The notes below the pieces were generated by a model that saw nothing but the letters and a program-made list of their open reading frames with translations, searched no databases and was not told where the DNA came from. The position numbers and the translations under genes are program-made. A stretch of DNA of 5,287 bases from an uncultured archaeon (GTDB lineage: Archaea > Iainarchaeota > Iainarchaeia > Iainarchaeales > CSSED10-239), in the NCBI GenBank assembly GCA_964468895.1, contig CAYXWT010000001.1, positions 50,923 to 56,209 on the forward strand, given 5' to 3'. Positions 5,211-5,287 of this stretch are shown here, piece by piece (position 1 is the stretch's first letter; each line of letters opens with the position of its first letter).

Positions 5211-5287
5211 ATGATATTTAAAAAAAAAGGACAGGGTGCTCTTGAGTATCTTTTATTAATAGGTGGAGCTGTATTAATTGCAGTTAT
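5211..5287 (+). CDS. Class III signal peptide pilin (PF04021/DUF361-type), 3'-truncated at the window edge
   Basis: Not in the supplied ORF track because it runs off the window. ATG 5211 gives MIFKKKG|QGALEYLLLIGGAVLIAV... It has a short basic leader, predicted cleavage between G7 (5229-5231) and Q8 (5232-5234), the motif QxAxExxxL, and then a hydrophobic helix. Strong SD upstream. Confidence 0.75.
   Translation, partial: MIFKKKGQGALEYLLLIGGAVLIAV

Noticed and set aside
828-5287. Interpretation as an archaellum (fla/arl) operon
   Set aside because: There is no archaellin-type gene upstream of the ATPase and no FlaH/KaiC-like or FlaC-G genes. The platform is split rather than a single FlaJ. 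The filament candidates are tiny QxSxE-type pilins with +1 Gln rather than archaellins.
828-5287. Interpretation as a bacterial Tad/Flp locus
   Set aside because: The locus is contiguous with, and apparently co-transcribed with, an archaeal/eukaryal-type RFC small subunit. The ATPase N- and C-terminal regions follow the archaeal FlaI/PilB pattern. The pilins carry the archaeal class III QxSxExxxL motif. No RcpA secretin or TadZ/TadD-like genes are present.
1-5287. Scan for tRNA or rRNA genes, CRISPR repeats, IS or transposase ends, and integrase genes
   Set aside because: There are no G+C-rich structured segments, no regularly spaced direct repeats, no terminal inverted repeats and no recombinase-like ORFs. 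Non-coding space is essentially limited to 5070-5210.

Overview
Strongly AT-rich window (by eye about 25-30% G+C, not computed). It holds six co-directional + strand genes, and I see no RNA genes, CRISPR arrays or mobile elements. The window opens inside an archaeal replication factor C small-subunit gene (5'-truncated, ends at 816), which identifies the host as an archaeon. Eleven nt downstream starts a tightly packed type IV pilus-like module of the Tad/Epd type, not an archaellum. It has four parts. (1) A FlaI/TadA/PilB-family secretion ATPase (828-2723) with a TTG start and an unusual ~145-residue Asn/Lys/Ser/Asp-rich N-terminal extension. (2) Two separate polytopic membrane proteins, each with one T2SF-like domain, forming a split TadB/TadC-like platform (2753-3910 and 3935-4831). 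(3) A tiny class III signal peptide pilin of the QxSxExxxL (PF04021/DUF361) type, with a long leader and a 47-aa mature part (4854-5069). (4) After the only sizeable intergenic region (5070-5210, with TATA-like boxes, an AT palindrome and a strong GGAGG SD), the 5' end of a second class III pilin (5211 to the window edge). No prepilin peptidase lies in the window. The lineage cannot be resolved from sequence alone: an AT-rich methanogen (Methanococcales-like) and a small-genome DPANN-type archaeon are both compatible. All family assignments rest on motif recognition by eye, and no database search was possible.
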